DNA of 64,000 nt from Piedraia hortae CBS 480.64. Its lineage: Eukaryota. The position numbers were made by a program, and so were the translations under genes. A model generated the notes under the pieces. It was not told the origin of the DNA. It did not search any database and saw nothing but the letters and a program-made list of their open reading frames with translations. Positions 10,297 to 22,900 of this stretch are shown piece after piece (within the stretch, counting starts at the first letter, position 1; every line of letters starts with the position of its first letter). The DNA is taken from assembly GCA_010093745.1 (NCBI GenBank), contig MU005960.1:62001-126000 (forward strand), given 5' to 3'.

Positions 10297-11492
10297 ATGT
10301 ATCAATTAATCAACAGCCAATATCCGCAGCAAGATCCATCTGCTCTGCTGAGAAGGTATCGTGTCCCGGACGAGATATTGCTAAGGAGAGCACAATACCT
10401 ATCGGGAGACCGAAGATCGCTTAAAATTTTTTGCCTCGTCTGCCCTGATTGGCTCGGGCCATCAGAGAGATCCTGTGGGGAGACGTTGACAGCCAGACAC
10501 TTGGTGATGTGCCTGAGGGAGCCCGCCAGAAATATGCAAATTTTTTCCACATCCTGAGGTTGGTTCCGAATTCTCGGTAGGAAGATCATGTGAATGTCCT
10601 TTCATTGCCACGTCTAAAGGCGTTGGAGATAGACCTACCGATGGATAGCGTCAACAGGAACGCTTACACAAGCCAACCCATGAGCCTTGTTGAATTCAAG
10701 GTGTATTCCTACTTCGAAAGCTTGCTGCTAGTGCACGGCCTCCTAGATTATTTTCCCAATATGGAGCATTTTGCAATGCTCTTCGAAATGACACATTCGT
10801 AAGTAAAGGTGGCCACACCACTCCTTTGACACAACGGTTTGCGATGCTTGACGATTCACCCAGGCTCATGTCGAGAGCTGCTTGACTATATTGCCGCCTC
10901 AGGCCAGCCATTTTCGATAGCGGAGATTGGAAAAGCTCAAAGCAATCTTGTTTCCGCATGGGTGGCAATTCATAGGCCATCACCCATCCTGTTCGAGACC
11001 CTAGGAAGTCTCCGATCCCTGACGAGCCTGTATCTGGTCGTAGTTGGAGATCGCACACATCATTGGCGTTCAATTATCGATAACTACTCATTCGCGTCAA
11101 TTGCGAAGCTCAGCAACTTTGAAACGTACTGTTTCATGGCGAAAAACATTTGATGCATGTCGAACTTGCAGACTGGCTACATCTTTCTAAAGGACTCTCC
11201 AGCTTGTCTGTATCATGATAATGACTGTGGGTTTTTTTGACGCTACGATATTCAAGCATTTGGAATCATCTGCAAAAGGTTGAGAGAATTCGTAATTGAT
11301 GACATGCTAGACTTTACCTTCCTGCAGGACGAGCGAGAGTGCCTGTTTCCCTGTGTGGAGAACCTCATTCTGCATGGAATTTTGCTAAAGGGCGCGAAGG
11401 AGAAGGACACAACAAGTGAAGCTGAACGAGTCCTAGAAACCATTGCACCCAAATTGCGATGCCTCCGTTTGGGAGGTGTTGGCCATCAATGA
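10297..11492 (+). pseudogene. F-box/LRR family pseudogene, copy A
   Basis: VPDEILLRRAQYLSGDRRSLKIFCLVCPDWLGP, SLPRLKALEI, SIAKLSN, LDFTFLQDERECLFP and IAPKL are spread over several frames with stops. Confidence 0.8.
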
Positions 11493-11688
11493 TGGAGCAC
11501 AGGCTTAACAGCCCGATTCCGAGATTCCGAGATGTATAGTGATACTGTAGATTACGGCCTGTATTTTAAGTAGCCGCAAAGTCGGATCTCCAAGCTTTGC
11601 CAGGGGCTTAGTTGTTCCATGATATTTTGCATCAACATCCTGTTGGAAGATCACGGGTAAAGCTCAAAGACGCGGTCTCGGTAAATGA

Positions 11689-12050
11689 GGTTGGATTCAA
11701 GAATCGCCGCTAGCGCGTATGCGGGGCACTTGCATAGCAAGTCAGCGATACCTCCTACACTACCAGCTGCACCCTAGGTTTTTCCCTCATAGACGTTATC
11801 TATTCAGGATCATGTCATATGCGACATGGTGAATGCGCCCTGCTAGTGTACGACGTGACGTCACCGGCCCACCGGTACAGAATATTTATTCTGAACGTCC
11901 CCTTCGTTGAGATAGATAGTCATTCACACTGTCATTTCGACACTGGTATTGACTCTATCTATCTGCATCTGTCCTGTCCCTGTTTTCGTCTATCGCATCG
12001 TCCTCTTCGGGCCACTGCGCACTCTCATCCACGGGAGCCCAATTGCTACA
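11689..12050 (+). mobile_element. Solo LTR-like repeat, copy 1 (~360 bp)
   Basis: Aligns along its length with the reverse complement of 32482-32838 (shared blocks such as gaatgcgccctgctagtgtacgacgtgacgtcaccggcccaccggtacagaat). Ends ...CTACA. No TSD seen. Confidence 0.75.
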
Positions 12051-12761
12051 CAAGGTATATACATTTGTTCAGGATAGAGCAACCTGGAAACACACACTTC
12101 TCACTCTCACATCGCCAGATCAAATAGAGCGCTATTAAACTCGGAGATGGCGTATGCTAAGGCTGATAAGAAAGTACAAAGGAATAGATAATGGAGCTTT
12201 CAGGTATCAATCCCGGCATCGAGGGCCGGTCCATCCCTGAAAATTACTGAAAATTGCTGTTTGAATGTCAGGCCCGAGAGGCCAAAGAGCACAAGGGACG
12301 GAGCTAAGCGGTGTGCGCTACCCTATACTGCCTAAAAGACTGGAACAACGCGTGAAGACCGAAGGGTAACTGTCTCGGTGTTGTAGGATTTCACGGGTCG
12401 TGCCGAGGCCACGTGACTGGAAGTGGGATTGAGATCCTAACATCGAAGAAGGTAAATTTGTATTACATCAGCAATTCCGCATAATCTCGGGGTCGGATCG
12501 ATCCGTGATGCCTGTAAAATGTGCCTGAATGCCCCACTATCTATTCATATTTAATTTCTTACCAGCCCTGGGGTGTGGGGGTATGGTATGTACTCAAGTA
12601 CATGACTCTTAGACGTCACAGTCTTACGCGCCAGGAATCCCCACCTATAGCTCCTGAGCTGTCGCTAATCGGCCACTGGGTGCAGAAAACGTCTTTGCTT
12701 CCACTCTCGCACAAAACATCAGCACGCCTCACATTGCCAACTCCATCTAGACTCTACAGTA

Positions 12762-13935
12762 ATGCAGCTACGTAGTGGACGCGTGTATACTTCTCAGCGG
12801 CAATGTTTATCTCCGTATCAGAGAATACACCACATGCCGGACGAAATCTTGCTCGAGTTTGCACAATGCTTGCTGAGCAACCGAACATCGCTCAGAAGTT
12901 TTAGCCTCGTCTGTCGTGATTGGCTTGGGCCAGGGAGAGAAATCTTGTGGGAGACGTTGATTGTCTAACACTGGGGTTTTTACCGGAAAAAGCTCGCAAA
13001 ACCCACGCAAAGTTCGTCCAGATCCTGCGGCTGACTCCAAGTAAATGGTGGGGACTCCAAATGAAAGGTCATACACTGCCAAGGCTCAAGACATTGGAGA
13101 TAGAATTCCTACCAAGTGAAGATAGTAGCAGCCCATAAAACAACATACATAAGAGCCTTGTTGAGCTCAAAGTGAAAAATTATCCCAATTGCACTCAAAT
13201 GGAACAGTTGTATGACTTGTTTGCTCGTTCCATCGATCTCAAGCATGTTTCACTACTGTTTCACCTGCAACAGTCGCATATCAAGGAATTGGCCATACCA
13301 CTCATTCGGCGGAACAACTTGCGACGTTTGACAGTTTGCTCGTGTGCATGCCGACGCCTACTTCGATATTTTGCCGACTTAGACGAGAAATTTTCGGTGG
13401 CCGAGGCTATGAAAGTACAAAGCTCGGTTGAAATTGTATCGGCGACGATCAAGATGCCATCACCCATCTTTTTCGACGCCTTGGCAACCATCCGATCTGT
13501 GAAAGAACTGTATCTGGTCGTCACCAATGGCTCAGATTGCACAGTTCCTCTCATTGACTGCCATGCGTTTTACTCAATTGCAAAACTCAGCAACTTAACC
13601 AGCCTATCTTTGGGAAAGACAATTGGTTTTTTTCCTGTCAAATACTCAGTTTCTTGTAGAGACTGGATGCAACTTTTTCAACGGCTGCCAAGTCTTGTTT
13701 GATTCACGGTTGAGGTGGTGGGCGTCTTTGATTTTGAGCTATTCTTGGATCTAGGACTGAGCTGCCAAAAGTTGGTAGATTGTACAATTGTTGAGACTTT
13801 GGACTTAACCTTCCTGCAGGATGAAATAAGGTGCCTGTTTCCAAACCAGGCCTTTTTGCAGCTTGGTGGTGTCAAGCTAGGCGATGTTGGAGATGAGAAG
13901 ATATTGCCAGAAGCTATACGAATCTTCAAGATCAA
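12762..13935 (+). pseudogene. F-box/LRR family pseudogene, copy B
   Basis: MQLRSGR...MPDEILLEFAQCLLSNRTSLRSFSLVCRDWLGPGREILW, frameshift near 12955, stops at 13136 and 13700, then LDLTFLQDEIRCLFP. Homology ends near 13935. Confidence 0.85.
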
Positions 13936-14685
13936 AAAGTCTGGAAATTACACTTGCTGCGTAGTAACATCAAGTTGCCGATTCGTATGGCATGATGCTG
14001 ATTGGAAACAAACTCCAATAAGTAATTCATCAAAAAGTTTGAAAAAAGGACTGGCAAGCATTGGTCTAAGAGCTTGGATGCGAGCACGGAGGCGTATGTG
14101 GGGGTCGTTTTGTTAATTGACAATCTTGATCAGGGGGGTACAAAAATACACTAGAGATGCTTTTTACATACCATGACCTCTGGTTCGCTGGTTTTGTTGC
14201 ATATATCTTCGTTCCGAACATACGATATCTCCGAACTGTTGTGCCCCGCTCGGCGTAACGATCCGTGTTGGGTGATCAACGCTTGCGGCGTGAGTCACTG
14301 GTTTGCTATTCTTCTCGGTAGAGTATGCATATAAACGGACAAAACCGTAAGACGTTGCTGCTTCAAACGGTGGTGAAACCGAGGCTAGACTCTTACTGCG
14401 TATGTCTTTCGTCCGAAGGAAAAACGTGGCAGTTGTCAACCTCGGAAATGTGGTATGACACAATAGCACCGTGAGTCCCGGGTCTCGATAGGGTATCCGA
14501 GGCTTCGCAGGTTTTCTCTCTCATAGAGGAGTTTTCCCCTGCGACGTGATGACGTTATCGCGTGGTTTCGGCAGGTGCGGTCCGTCCCACAGTTGGTCTG
14601 CGGGGTTAAGTCCTCGCACGTAGTCAATCGAGCTGACACACACATCCACTCATCTTTTCGCCGCGACTTCATGCCTATCACGTAG

Positions 14686-15170
14686 CTTTCTCGATGCCCT
14701 AGGAAATTTCAAAACCCTGACGAGCCTAGAGTTGGCAATATTCAGCGGTCCAAACCAAAATTCTCCGATCATTGATGGTCATGCATCAGCTTCGATTGCA
14801 AAACTCAGCAATCTGGAGGGTCTAATTATCCATGGAGTGCCCACTTCGACGCTCGTCAAACCGGGACACTGGGTGCAGCTTTTCCAAGGATTGCCTAAGC
14901 TTGCATTTTTTAGAATAAACATTCGAGGTGCTTTTGATGCTTTATCATTCAAGGATCTGGGAATCAACTTCCGAAGCTTGAGACGTTGCTCAATTGCCGA
15001 CACGCTGGACCTGACCCTCTTTCATGATGAGAGATTATGCCCTTTTCACTGTCTGGAACTTCTTGGGCCGCGTGGCATTCTGTTTGAAGGTATATAGAAG
15101 GATTAGAGTGAAGCAAAACGAATCTTGAAGACCGCTGCACCGAAACTCCGAATTTTCTATTCTTGGGAGT
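14686..15170 (+). pseudogene. F-box/LRR family pseudogene, copy C (3' half only)
   Basis: FLDALGNFKTLTSL...SIAKLSNLEGL...WVQLFQGLPKL...DTLDLTLFHDERLCPF...RILKTAAPKL. No F-box part. Confidence 0.8.
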
Positions 15171-15620
15171 AATAATCCAGCTCGACAGTTAGAGAGGGGG
15201 AGCCTCTGTGATGACATCTGCGCTCAATGGTTCAATCTGAAGGCGCATACCTATCTCGTGGATTTGTGTCCATATGCCAAGTACTTGCATTGCAAACTCA
15301 CCAACTTTTGCCGATTGATTGCAATCCATTGGTGTGGTGGAGAGTGGATATATGCCGCGCTCGTTTCCAACGGTACTACCACTGACGTTTTTCCAATGGT
15401 TTGTGTGCTGAGTTGCGATGTAGAGGATATACTAAAGCTGACAGCTGACTCGATAGCTGACAAGACGGCTGTTAACCCCGAATATAATGTATAATACGTA
15501 TAATGCAATGGAAGTGGCATGACTCCTTTATGCCCCGGAGTCACGAATCAATGACTCCCCGTAGCCCATGAACGGTCGCTAACCGACCACCACACTCCAC
15601 ACACACTACAGCCAGGCTCC

Positions 15621-17216
15621 ATGGATATGACACTGTATGGCAATCCTCTGGACGCTTTTCGGCAAGATTTTGCAACTGCGCAACAGAAAAAATGCTACGT
15701 ATCGGACAAAATTTTGCTCAAACTTGCACAATGCTTGCCGGGTAACCAAAAATCGCTGAAGAGCTTTTGTTTAGTCTGCCGAGACTGGCTCGGACCAGGG
15801 AGGAATATTTTGTGGAGGGTCGTTGAAAGCCAGAGACAGGGTGATATCCCTGAAGCAAAACGTCAAGATTATGCAGATTTTGTCCAGATCATGCGGCTAG
15901 TGCCGAATGATTGGTGGGAAAGTCAGATAAAAGGTCGTTCATTGCCACGTATAAGGACGTTCGAATTGGAAGCACCAATGTATACGTCGTTAATTGACAG
16001 TAGCAACGTTTACGACAGCATACCCAACAGCCTTATTAAGCTTGAGATTGAAAACTAACTTGACCTACCCCTTGAGCGGTACCGCGATATCTTCAATGGA
16101 TTTTCCAATCTAGAATATGTCACTATAAACAGTTACCCGAATGAATGGGTCACCAAGGACTTGGCGATCCCACTCTTGCGGCGTGACAAGCTCCGTTGCT
16201 TGACGAATACCTCTTTCCTTTGCCATCACTTGCTTTTGATTATCGCCAAGTCAAAGGAGCTCTTGTTGGTGACGGAGGCCAGGAAACTACGTAGTCCAAC
16301 GACCAAGGCAGAGTCGCACATTCGAAAACCGTCGCCCGTCTATTTCGAGATCCTGGCAAATTTAGAGGCCTTGGAGACGCTGACATTGTCCTTCAGAAAT
16401 GAGTCAGATCACATTAACACATGCATCGACAGCCACATGCTCAGCACAATCGCAAAGTTGAGCAACCTACAGTCTCTGCGTCTTCTTACCGAAGCCAGCT
16501 AAACCCCAATCGTGTTAACTGTGTCTGCTACAGACTGTTTGCACCTTTTCAAAGGACAGCCTGAGCTTGCTAATCTCACCATTGACATCCCTGGTCTTAT
16601 TGATGCCTCAACGTTCAGGAACCTGGGAATAAGCTGCCCAAAGTTACGCAATTGCTCCATTCAGAATAAGCTAGACTTTGCGATCTTGGGAGATGAGAGA
16701 ATTTGTCTGTTTCCATGCCTGAAGTCTCTCGTGCTGGGAGGGATCCTACTAACAAGCACGGAAGAGAGGGATTTACCGTTGCGAGCAAACTGGACCTGAA
16801 CATTGCACCCAATCTCCAATCTTTGGTTCTGAGGAGCAAAGATCGAATTGATTTCTCGGCCAGTGCTTTCTTCAACAATATGTATGCGAAGGTGGATGTT
16901 GTCCATGCAAGGACTCTTTGAAGGATACGATGATGACTTGAAAGACTATCTCGAAGACTTCTTTGAAGAAAGAGAAGAAGAAGAAGAAGAAGAAGAAGAA
17001 GAAGAAGAAGAAGAAGAAGAATCGCACTTGTGGAAAAGGAGGTTTCCAAATCTAAATATGAAGTGTAAACAGCTCCAAAGTTATGTAGTTTCCGATTTAC
17101 CCCGAATTGTGCCCCAACCTGACCTCTTTCCCTCCAAACTACCCGATCGTCTAGCCCAAGACCTTGAAACATTTGCCTTTACCCCAATTATATTGAAACA
17201 ACAGTTACACTTTTAG
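15621..17216 (+). pseudogene. F-box/LRR family pseudogene, copy D, with acidic C-terminal extension
   Basis: VSDKILLKLAQCLPGNQKSLKSFCLVCRDWLGPGRNILW...SLPRIRTF; stops at 16056 and 16500; DERICLFPCL; frameshifts near 16780-16910; then a poly-Glu segment. Confidence 0.8.
16974..17021 (+). repeat. (GAA)16 microsatellite
   Basis: Perfect GAA repeat counted directly. Confidence 0.95.
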
Positions 17217-17452
17217 ATCTCCAACGTGTTAAATATGTCCTGCTGTGCGATCTGTCCTCCCTGCCTAACACCATGTGAGGCCATTCCACGGCCCACCCCC
17301 AAGCTAAGGTAGATGTTCCAAAGACTTGGGTTTCTGACGGTAACAAGAACAACAAGAAAGAACACAAATAGCCATAACATTACCCCAATCAAATTGTCAC
17401 CTACCCCAGAAAGTTCAACTTCCCTTTCTCAACCGCTCCAAAACCACCATCC

Positions 17453-17630
17453 CTAACCCTTTCTAAACGCTTCAACGCCTAGCTTTTCATCCGCATGTTC
17501 AAAGTCCCCAACTTCCGTGATTTCGTTACGGAGCGATCGAGGAAAAGGCTATGCTCCTTAGCTGTGTCTACTCAGTGATGCATACATAATCTTCCGCGCA
17601 AACGCCATATGTCAGGGATGTGTTTAGCAT
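17453..17630 (-). CDS. Candidate spliced 46-aa microprotein
   Basis: TATATA near 17680, pyrimidine-rich leader, ATG 17630, putative 37-nt intron 17585-17549 (GTATGC...GCTAAG...TAG), stop at 17453. Product MLNTSLTYGVCAEDYPFPRSLRNEITEVGDFEHADEKLGVEAFRKG. Confidence 0.35.
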
Positions 17631-17960
17631 CGGACTGTGAGGTTGAAGGCGGCGTGTGAAGGAGGAGGAAAATGTATATATAGGCAGCCGGCCTATGAAG
17701 AAGATAATGCTAGAAGAGGAAATGGACACACTCACTTGTACTTCCGCACTTTGCAGACGACCCTCTGTCAAAATTCAAGATAGGCATACCGGCATACTCT
17801 TGTGCTTTTGTGATTGCGATACTGCTTGTGCGATAGCCCACGTGCTTGGAACTGCCGCACCGTCCATTCACAGTCAGCAAAACCGAAGCAAACTCATCGT
17901 CCTTACAACATCCCCACATTCACGATCCTTCCCAGCTCCATCTCACCTATCCCAACAGCC

Positions 17961-19354
17961 TTACTCCCTCCCCTTCTTCTCCGACACCCACCCAATAGCC
18001 TTCAACCTCTCCGTCAAAATCGGATGGGAGTAATGATATGCCGAGTAAAGCGGATCAGCATCCTATCACAAAAAAGTCAGCCAACCCTCCCCCCCTCCCA
18101 AAACATTGGCACAAAGCTACCCACCATGGCCGACAAATTCTGCACCTGCAATTTAATCAAACTCCGCCCCAACTGTTTGGCATACCCCAGACTTTTCGAG
18201 AATGCATCAGCCTGGAACTCCATCTTGCGTGTCCACATGTTCAGTAAAAGTTTAGTGATACTCTCCGTCGGGCTAAGAACCTCATTGAAGAGGATGAATC
18301 CAATCATGATTGGCTTTGTCTTGAATCCAAACGCCTCATAGAGGCTTTTATTGTTGATGAAGAGCGCGAAGAGACCGAATATGATGAAGAGATGACTACT
18401 CGCGATGAGTAGAAGGTTTGTCGTGTGGCCTTTCTTCCAGTGTCCGAGCTCGTGGGCGAGGACGGCTTCAACTTCCTCTGTCTCGCTGCGATCGATCAGC
18501 GTATCGTAGATTACGATTTGTTTCTTCCAGGGCAGGCCGGCGAAGTAGGCGTTTGAGTGGGCCGAGCGTTTCGATCCGTCGATTACGTAGAGTTCTTTGA
18601 GAGGGAAGTTGAGTTTTGAGGCGAGGGATTCGACGCGATCGCGGAGAGGACCGGTTTCGAGGGGTGTGAGTTTGTTGAAGAGAGGGACGATTACAATGGG
18701 ATAGATGGTTTGGGCGCCGAGTTGGATGATCAACATGAAGAGCCAGATGTAGATGAAGAATGCGTCGCCGGTTTTTTGGATGATTTTGAGGAAGGCAGAG
18801 CCGATGGGGACGCCGAAGGCGAGGGATAGGGCTTGAGTTTTGAGAAGGTCTTCGATCCAGAGTTTGAGGGTCAGCTTGTTGAAGCCGAATTTTTCTTCGA
18901 GGATGAAGTGGTGGTAGTAGCTGAATGGGAGGTTTAGGAGGGTTTCAAGCCAGGAATATAGGAAGATGAAGAGGAGGGAGTGTGTGATCTCGCCTTGAAA
19001 GCGAGCTGGGGCGAATTGGCGGAGGAGTCCCTCGGAAAAAGTCCAGAGTTTGAGATAGACGTTGCCGTAGATGATGGTGTAGTTCTTGATGTTGCCGAAT
19101 AAGCGAGATGCTTGCGCATACCAGTACTTTGCGCGGCCGTAGGCTTGGGATTTGTCATATGTTGCTCGGTCTATTTCGTTGGCGAGCTCCTTGGGGATTT
19201 GCGTGCGCTTGAGAACTTGATATTGACGGTAGTCAAGCCATGTTTCCAGACCTGCTGTGCCTAGGGCACAAGAGAAAATAAGGTTTTTCCACGGAATATC
19301 CGGATGGTCGATCAGGGCAGAGCCCGCCTGAATTATGCTACGAATAGTGTCCAT
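17961..19354 (-). CDS. STE24: CAAX prenyl protease 1 (M48 zinc metalloprotease)
   Basis: DGSKRSAHSNAYF, HELGHW (HExxH), EFQADAF. ATG 19354. Intron 18124-18063 restores the C-terminus DADPLYSAYHYSHPILTERLKAI. Confidence 0.96.
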
Positions 19355-19503
19355 GTTGTTCGAAAGAAGGAAGGGGGAAGGCTGAAAAGCCTTACTGTGG
19401 ACACGTGTTCTCAAGAGATCTTACCCCTCTGTTCAAATCCCAAGCGTACCAGTTCTGTGGTTACCTATTCCCGTAGACAAAGTCAGATTTTAACATAATC
19501 TTT

Positions 19504-19677
19504 GTTGTGGTTGTCCTCCTAACCCTAGCATGCTTGCTATCCCGGATCACCCCGTTCGGGGTAATTTGCGCTAGAGCGGTTAGGTTTTTGTACCTGCGCG
19601 ATGTAAAGCGATTTACGAGCGCCCCCCTGTTGTACACTGCATTTGAAGTAGCTGCCACTTCAATAAACAACCACGAT
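19504..19677 (-). ncRNA. Candidate structured ncRNA (snoRNA-like, or structured STE24 5' leader)
   Basis: Fully nested stems: 19504-14/19667-77, 19518-29/19570-84, 19549-53/19558-62, 19589-93/19632-36, 19603-07/19612-16, 19643-49/19657-63. G-U pairs favour the minus strand. Confidence 0.35.
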
Positions 19678-19789
19678 TTAATTTCGATGCCGTTGGTAGT
19701 CATCTCGCTCCTTCATCTTGTCAATGATACACCGATCATCCAACCAATGATTTCGTTTAACCCAACTTCGGTAACGGCAGGCGGGGCCG

Positions 19790-19797
19790 AACCCTAA
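19790..19797. promoter_or_regulatory. Telo-box/Tbf1-like AACCCTAA motif
   Basis: AACCCTAA in the STE24/WW-gene divergent interval. Similar motifs at 24500-24508 and 38093-38107. Confidence 0.4.
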
Positions 19798-19943
19798 GAA
19801 CTGTCAACTCTGCTGTCATTTCAGCCAATCAGCGTTCGAGCGCGAACCGCCCGACAAGCGCCGGGCACGTCACCGTACAGAGGGCGCCTGGCCGCAGGAG
19901 GCCGCGGAAACTGGACCTCGCTCGAACTGAAGAACAGGACAAG

Positions 19944-22900
19944 ATGAATCCCGTCCCGGAGGAAACGCCATCGCCGCTAAGGATCAATAAGAACTCTGCA
20001 CAACAACCGCCTTATCCCGGCCAGGACGGGGTTCCAATGCCCAGCGCAAGGCGACCAAGCATGAATTCTGACTCCTCAGGCGCAGGCAAAAGAAGACCGC
20101 ATTTCGACGCCTCTGACCCGCAGAGACCGACCATCAGCGGCTATGGGACTAGTCCTCCTACTGGCCGCACGATCGGGCGGTTGGCGGAGAGGAGAGGGAC
20201 GCCGGTGAAGAATGCGACGATTATAGAGAGTCCCGGGGGCCCGGAGCCGCCGCCGAAAGACGAGGATGACATCTCGGAACCGGACGAAGAGAGTGCGACG
20301 CTGTTCAGCATCCCGGTGGTGCGAGGTGGGGTGGCAGCCCCGGCCAAACCCCAGCCACGCGCACAGCCGCCTGCGCCACGCGACGATCTCTATCCCGCCC
20401 CACTGCGGAGCACGTCGGCCAATCAGGAGCCAGCTTTGCGCATCCCCAATCCGGCCGGCGTCAATCGACTCAGCAGCACGGCCAGTGCGTCGACGACTAG
20501 GGCAAGTAGAGGCAGTCCGCCGCCGCCCGAAACTCCCATTGGACCGAGCCCAAGTGTCAGGGCCGAAACAACTGCAGCCGCCGCGAGGAGAGCGCAATAC
20601 GCCAATGCACCTGCGCGGCACTGGACGGCTGCAGAAGGGGCAGGTTCAAATCCTCATGGACTCCCCGTAGTTTTTCAGGGCAACGAGGAGGCCAGCGAGA
20701 GCCTGAATAATGGCATGCGCCATCTTCATCTCCACGAAGAGCCTCCTCCAGCGTATTCACCTCCAGTAGCTGGTTCATCTCATTCGCAATATCCTAATGA
20801 AAAGGGCATTCGAGCCAGAGCCGGATCGCCTACTCATAGCACCACCAGTGCTGCCAGCAAGGGCTCGGAAGATCCAAATATCGCCCAGCATCCGGCCTTT
20901 GCGCAGCCAAGGCGGCAGAGAAATGGCATGGCGCCCATAAATGTCGCTCAGGCAAATCAGGCTGCCTCTACGGGGCCTCCTACAGCCGTCCCTATATCTC
21001 CTCCTCCTCTCCCTGAAGGCTGGATTGCCCATATTGATAGCAACAGCGGCCAGTATTATTATATTCATTTGCCCACCCAAAGCACACAGTGGGAGTTTCC
21101 CAAGGGGCCCACCCCTCTTAACCTCCAAGAGACGCGAACGCAAAACACGCTCAATTCACCTGCTGTTTCTACCTTTAAGCAGCCTCTGCAGTCGCCCAGT
21201 TTTGGGCCAAATGCACCTTCTACTCCGTTTGGCACGTTTGACCAGGCGAGCGTAGCAAGTCCCACCGCCGCTGGCTTCGGCGGACCACCTCCGGTCGCGG
21301 GAGTGGAAATGTATAAGATTATGCCCACAAACGGCGTCTACTTTGGACCCTATCTGCGTTATACCAACATGGACATCCAGAGAGGAATCTGGCTGGGCAG
21401 TATCATGCTTATCACCGATGCTGCCCATGCGCCCACGATACATATTCACCAATCTGTTGATCTCTCGCCTAATCCTCGACAACTCAAAGCTCGTGCCATC
21501 CACGCCCATCGGCGCTGGACTTTTTACCGCTATGACGCCGATCTCCGAATGGACGATGCTCCCGCAAAGTGGACGTATGCCATCACCTCTCATCTCGGCT
21601 GCACGCGTTTCGAGTTCCTTGTTGCCGGCCGATACGAGACCAACTGGCGTTTTGTTGCGCATAGCGGCAATGACTTTGGAATCAACACTTCTAACAATGA
21701 GAGGCTGAAGCTCGGAGGGGTGGATCTGATGTGGAAGGACGTCCTGCTCAAACACAACGAATGCGGCGGTTTCCACGCCCAAATCGGTCTTGGTGGGCAG
21801 ATTTCGGCCGATAGAATGTGGAAGGATGTATATTCTCTTCGTCAATGGACGCAGATTCACGGGCGCGAGAATCGTCGAAACACGCCGTGGACGTCCAAGA
21901 TGGAAGACGATGTAACCCACGCCTACTTCCATTACTACACCTCCCACTTCGACCAGCCAGCAATCCGTGCTGTCTTTGCGCAGATACCACACATCTGCGC
22001 TCTAGACGACGGCGAGATCTTTGACGCTTACGGTTCTTATCCAGACTACATGCAAAGCAGCCAGATCTTTAAAAATCTCGGACGCATCGGCATCGAAATG
22101 TTCCATCTATTCCAACATCATACCACCAACGACCTCCTTCGCGCGTCGCGGGACGACATGGACCTCTTCACAATTACCGGCACGGGGTGGCATTTCATCA
22201 AATACCTCGGACCCAGCGTCGTGGTCGTCGGTCCCGACACTCGCAGCGAACGCAGCAATACCCAAGTCCTCTCCGGTCCAACCTATCAAGGCCTCTTCCC
22301 CAAAGTCGCCCTCCTCCCGCAAAGCGTCCAACACTGCTTATGGGCCCTCCCGGTCCCAATAATCTACCCGCGGGTCGAAGCTTTCGAGCAAGTCGCGCAG
22401 GTCGCCACGACGGGCAAAAAGATGTTCACCGGCGGGTTCAACATGCTAGGCAAAGTCGCCGGCGGGGTTGCCGGCGTCGTGGGGGCCAAAGGTGTGGTAA
22501 ACTCATCCTTCGAAGGCGTCAAAAAAGCCGTTGGTAAAAGCGGCCTGATGCAAAACGTCCTCAACCCCTTTGGCGAAGTCGAAGTGCTCGACGAACTCCG
22601 TGACCTCTGGACCCATGAAAGCAAAGTAAGTAAACCCCGGGGTGGTGGGGGGAAAGGAGGGGAGAACATCCCTACTAACACCCAACCCAGGACCTGGAAA
22701 GAACATACCTCATCCGCACCCTCCAAGGAATCTCACACAACAAATCTCTCCGCATGACATTTCTTTCAGGAAGCGTCAACGCCTGCGGAGCAGGCATCCT
22801 CTTCGACCCCTCACGCCCCGCGGATCATAAGACAATGTACCAGTTCATAACCTCGCCGATCGTAAACGCCCCGGCACCGTCGTATATCGTCAAACTACTC

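Noticed and set aside
10586..10592. TAG at a probable TGG position in an F-box copy, as an A-to-I-correctable stop
   Set aside because: The same copies carry frameshifts and TAA/TGA stops that editing would not repair.
12390..12405. 16-bp exact match TTCACGGGTCGTGCCG, also at 24466
   Set aside because: About one such match is expected by chance in 64 kb (64000^2/4^16 is about 1), and it does not extend.
19519..19528. CTAACCCTAG as a telomerase RNA template
   Set aside because: It is sequestered by GGTTAGG at 19578, G-U pairs favour the other strand, and the 590-bp interval is much shorter than known filamentous-fungal telomerase RNAs.
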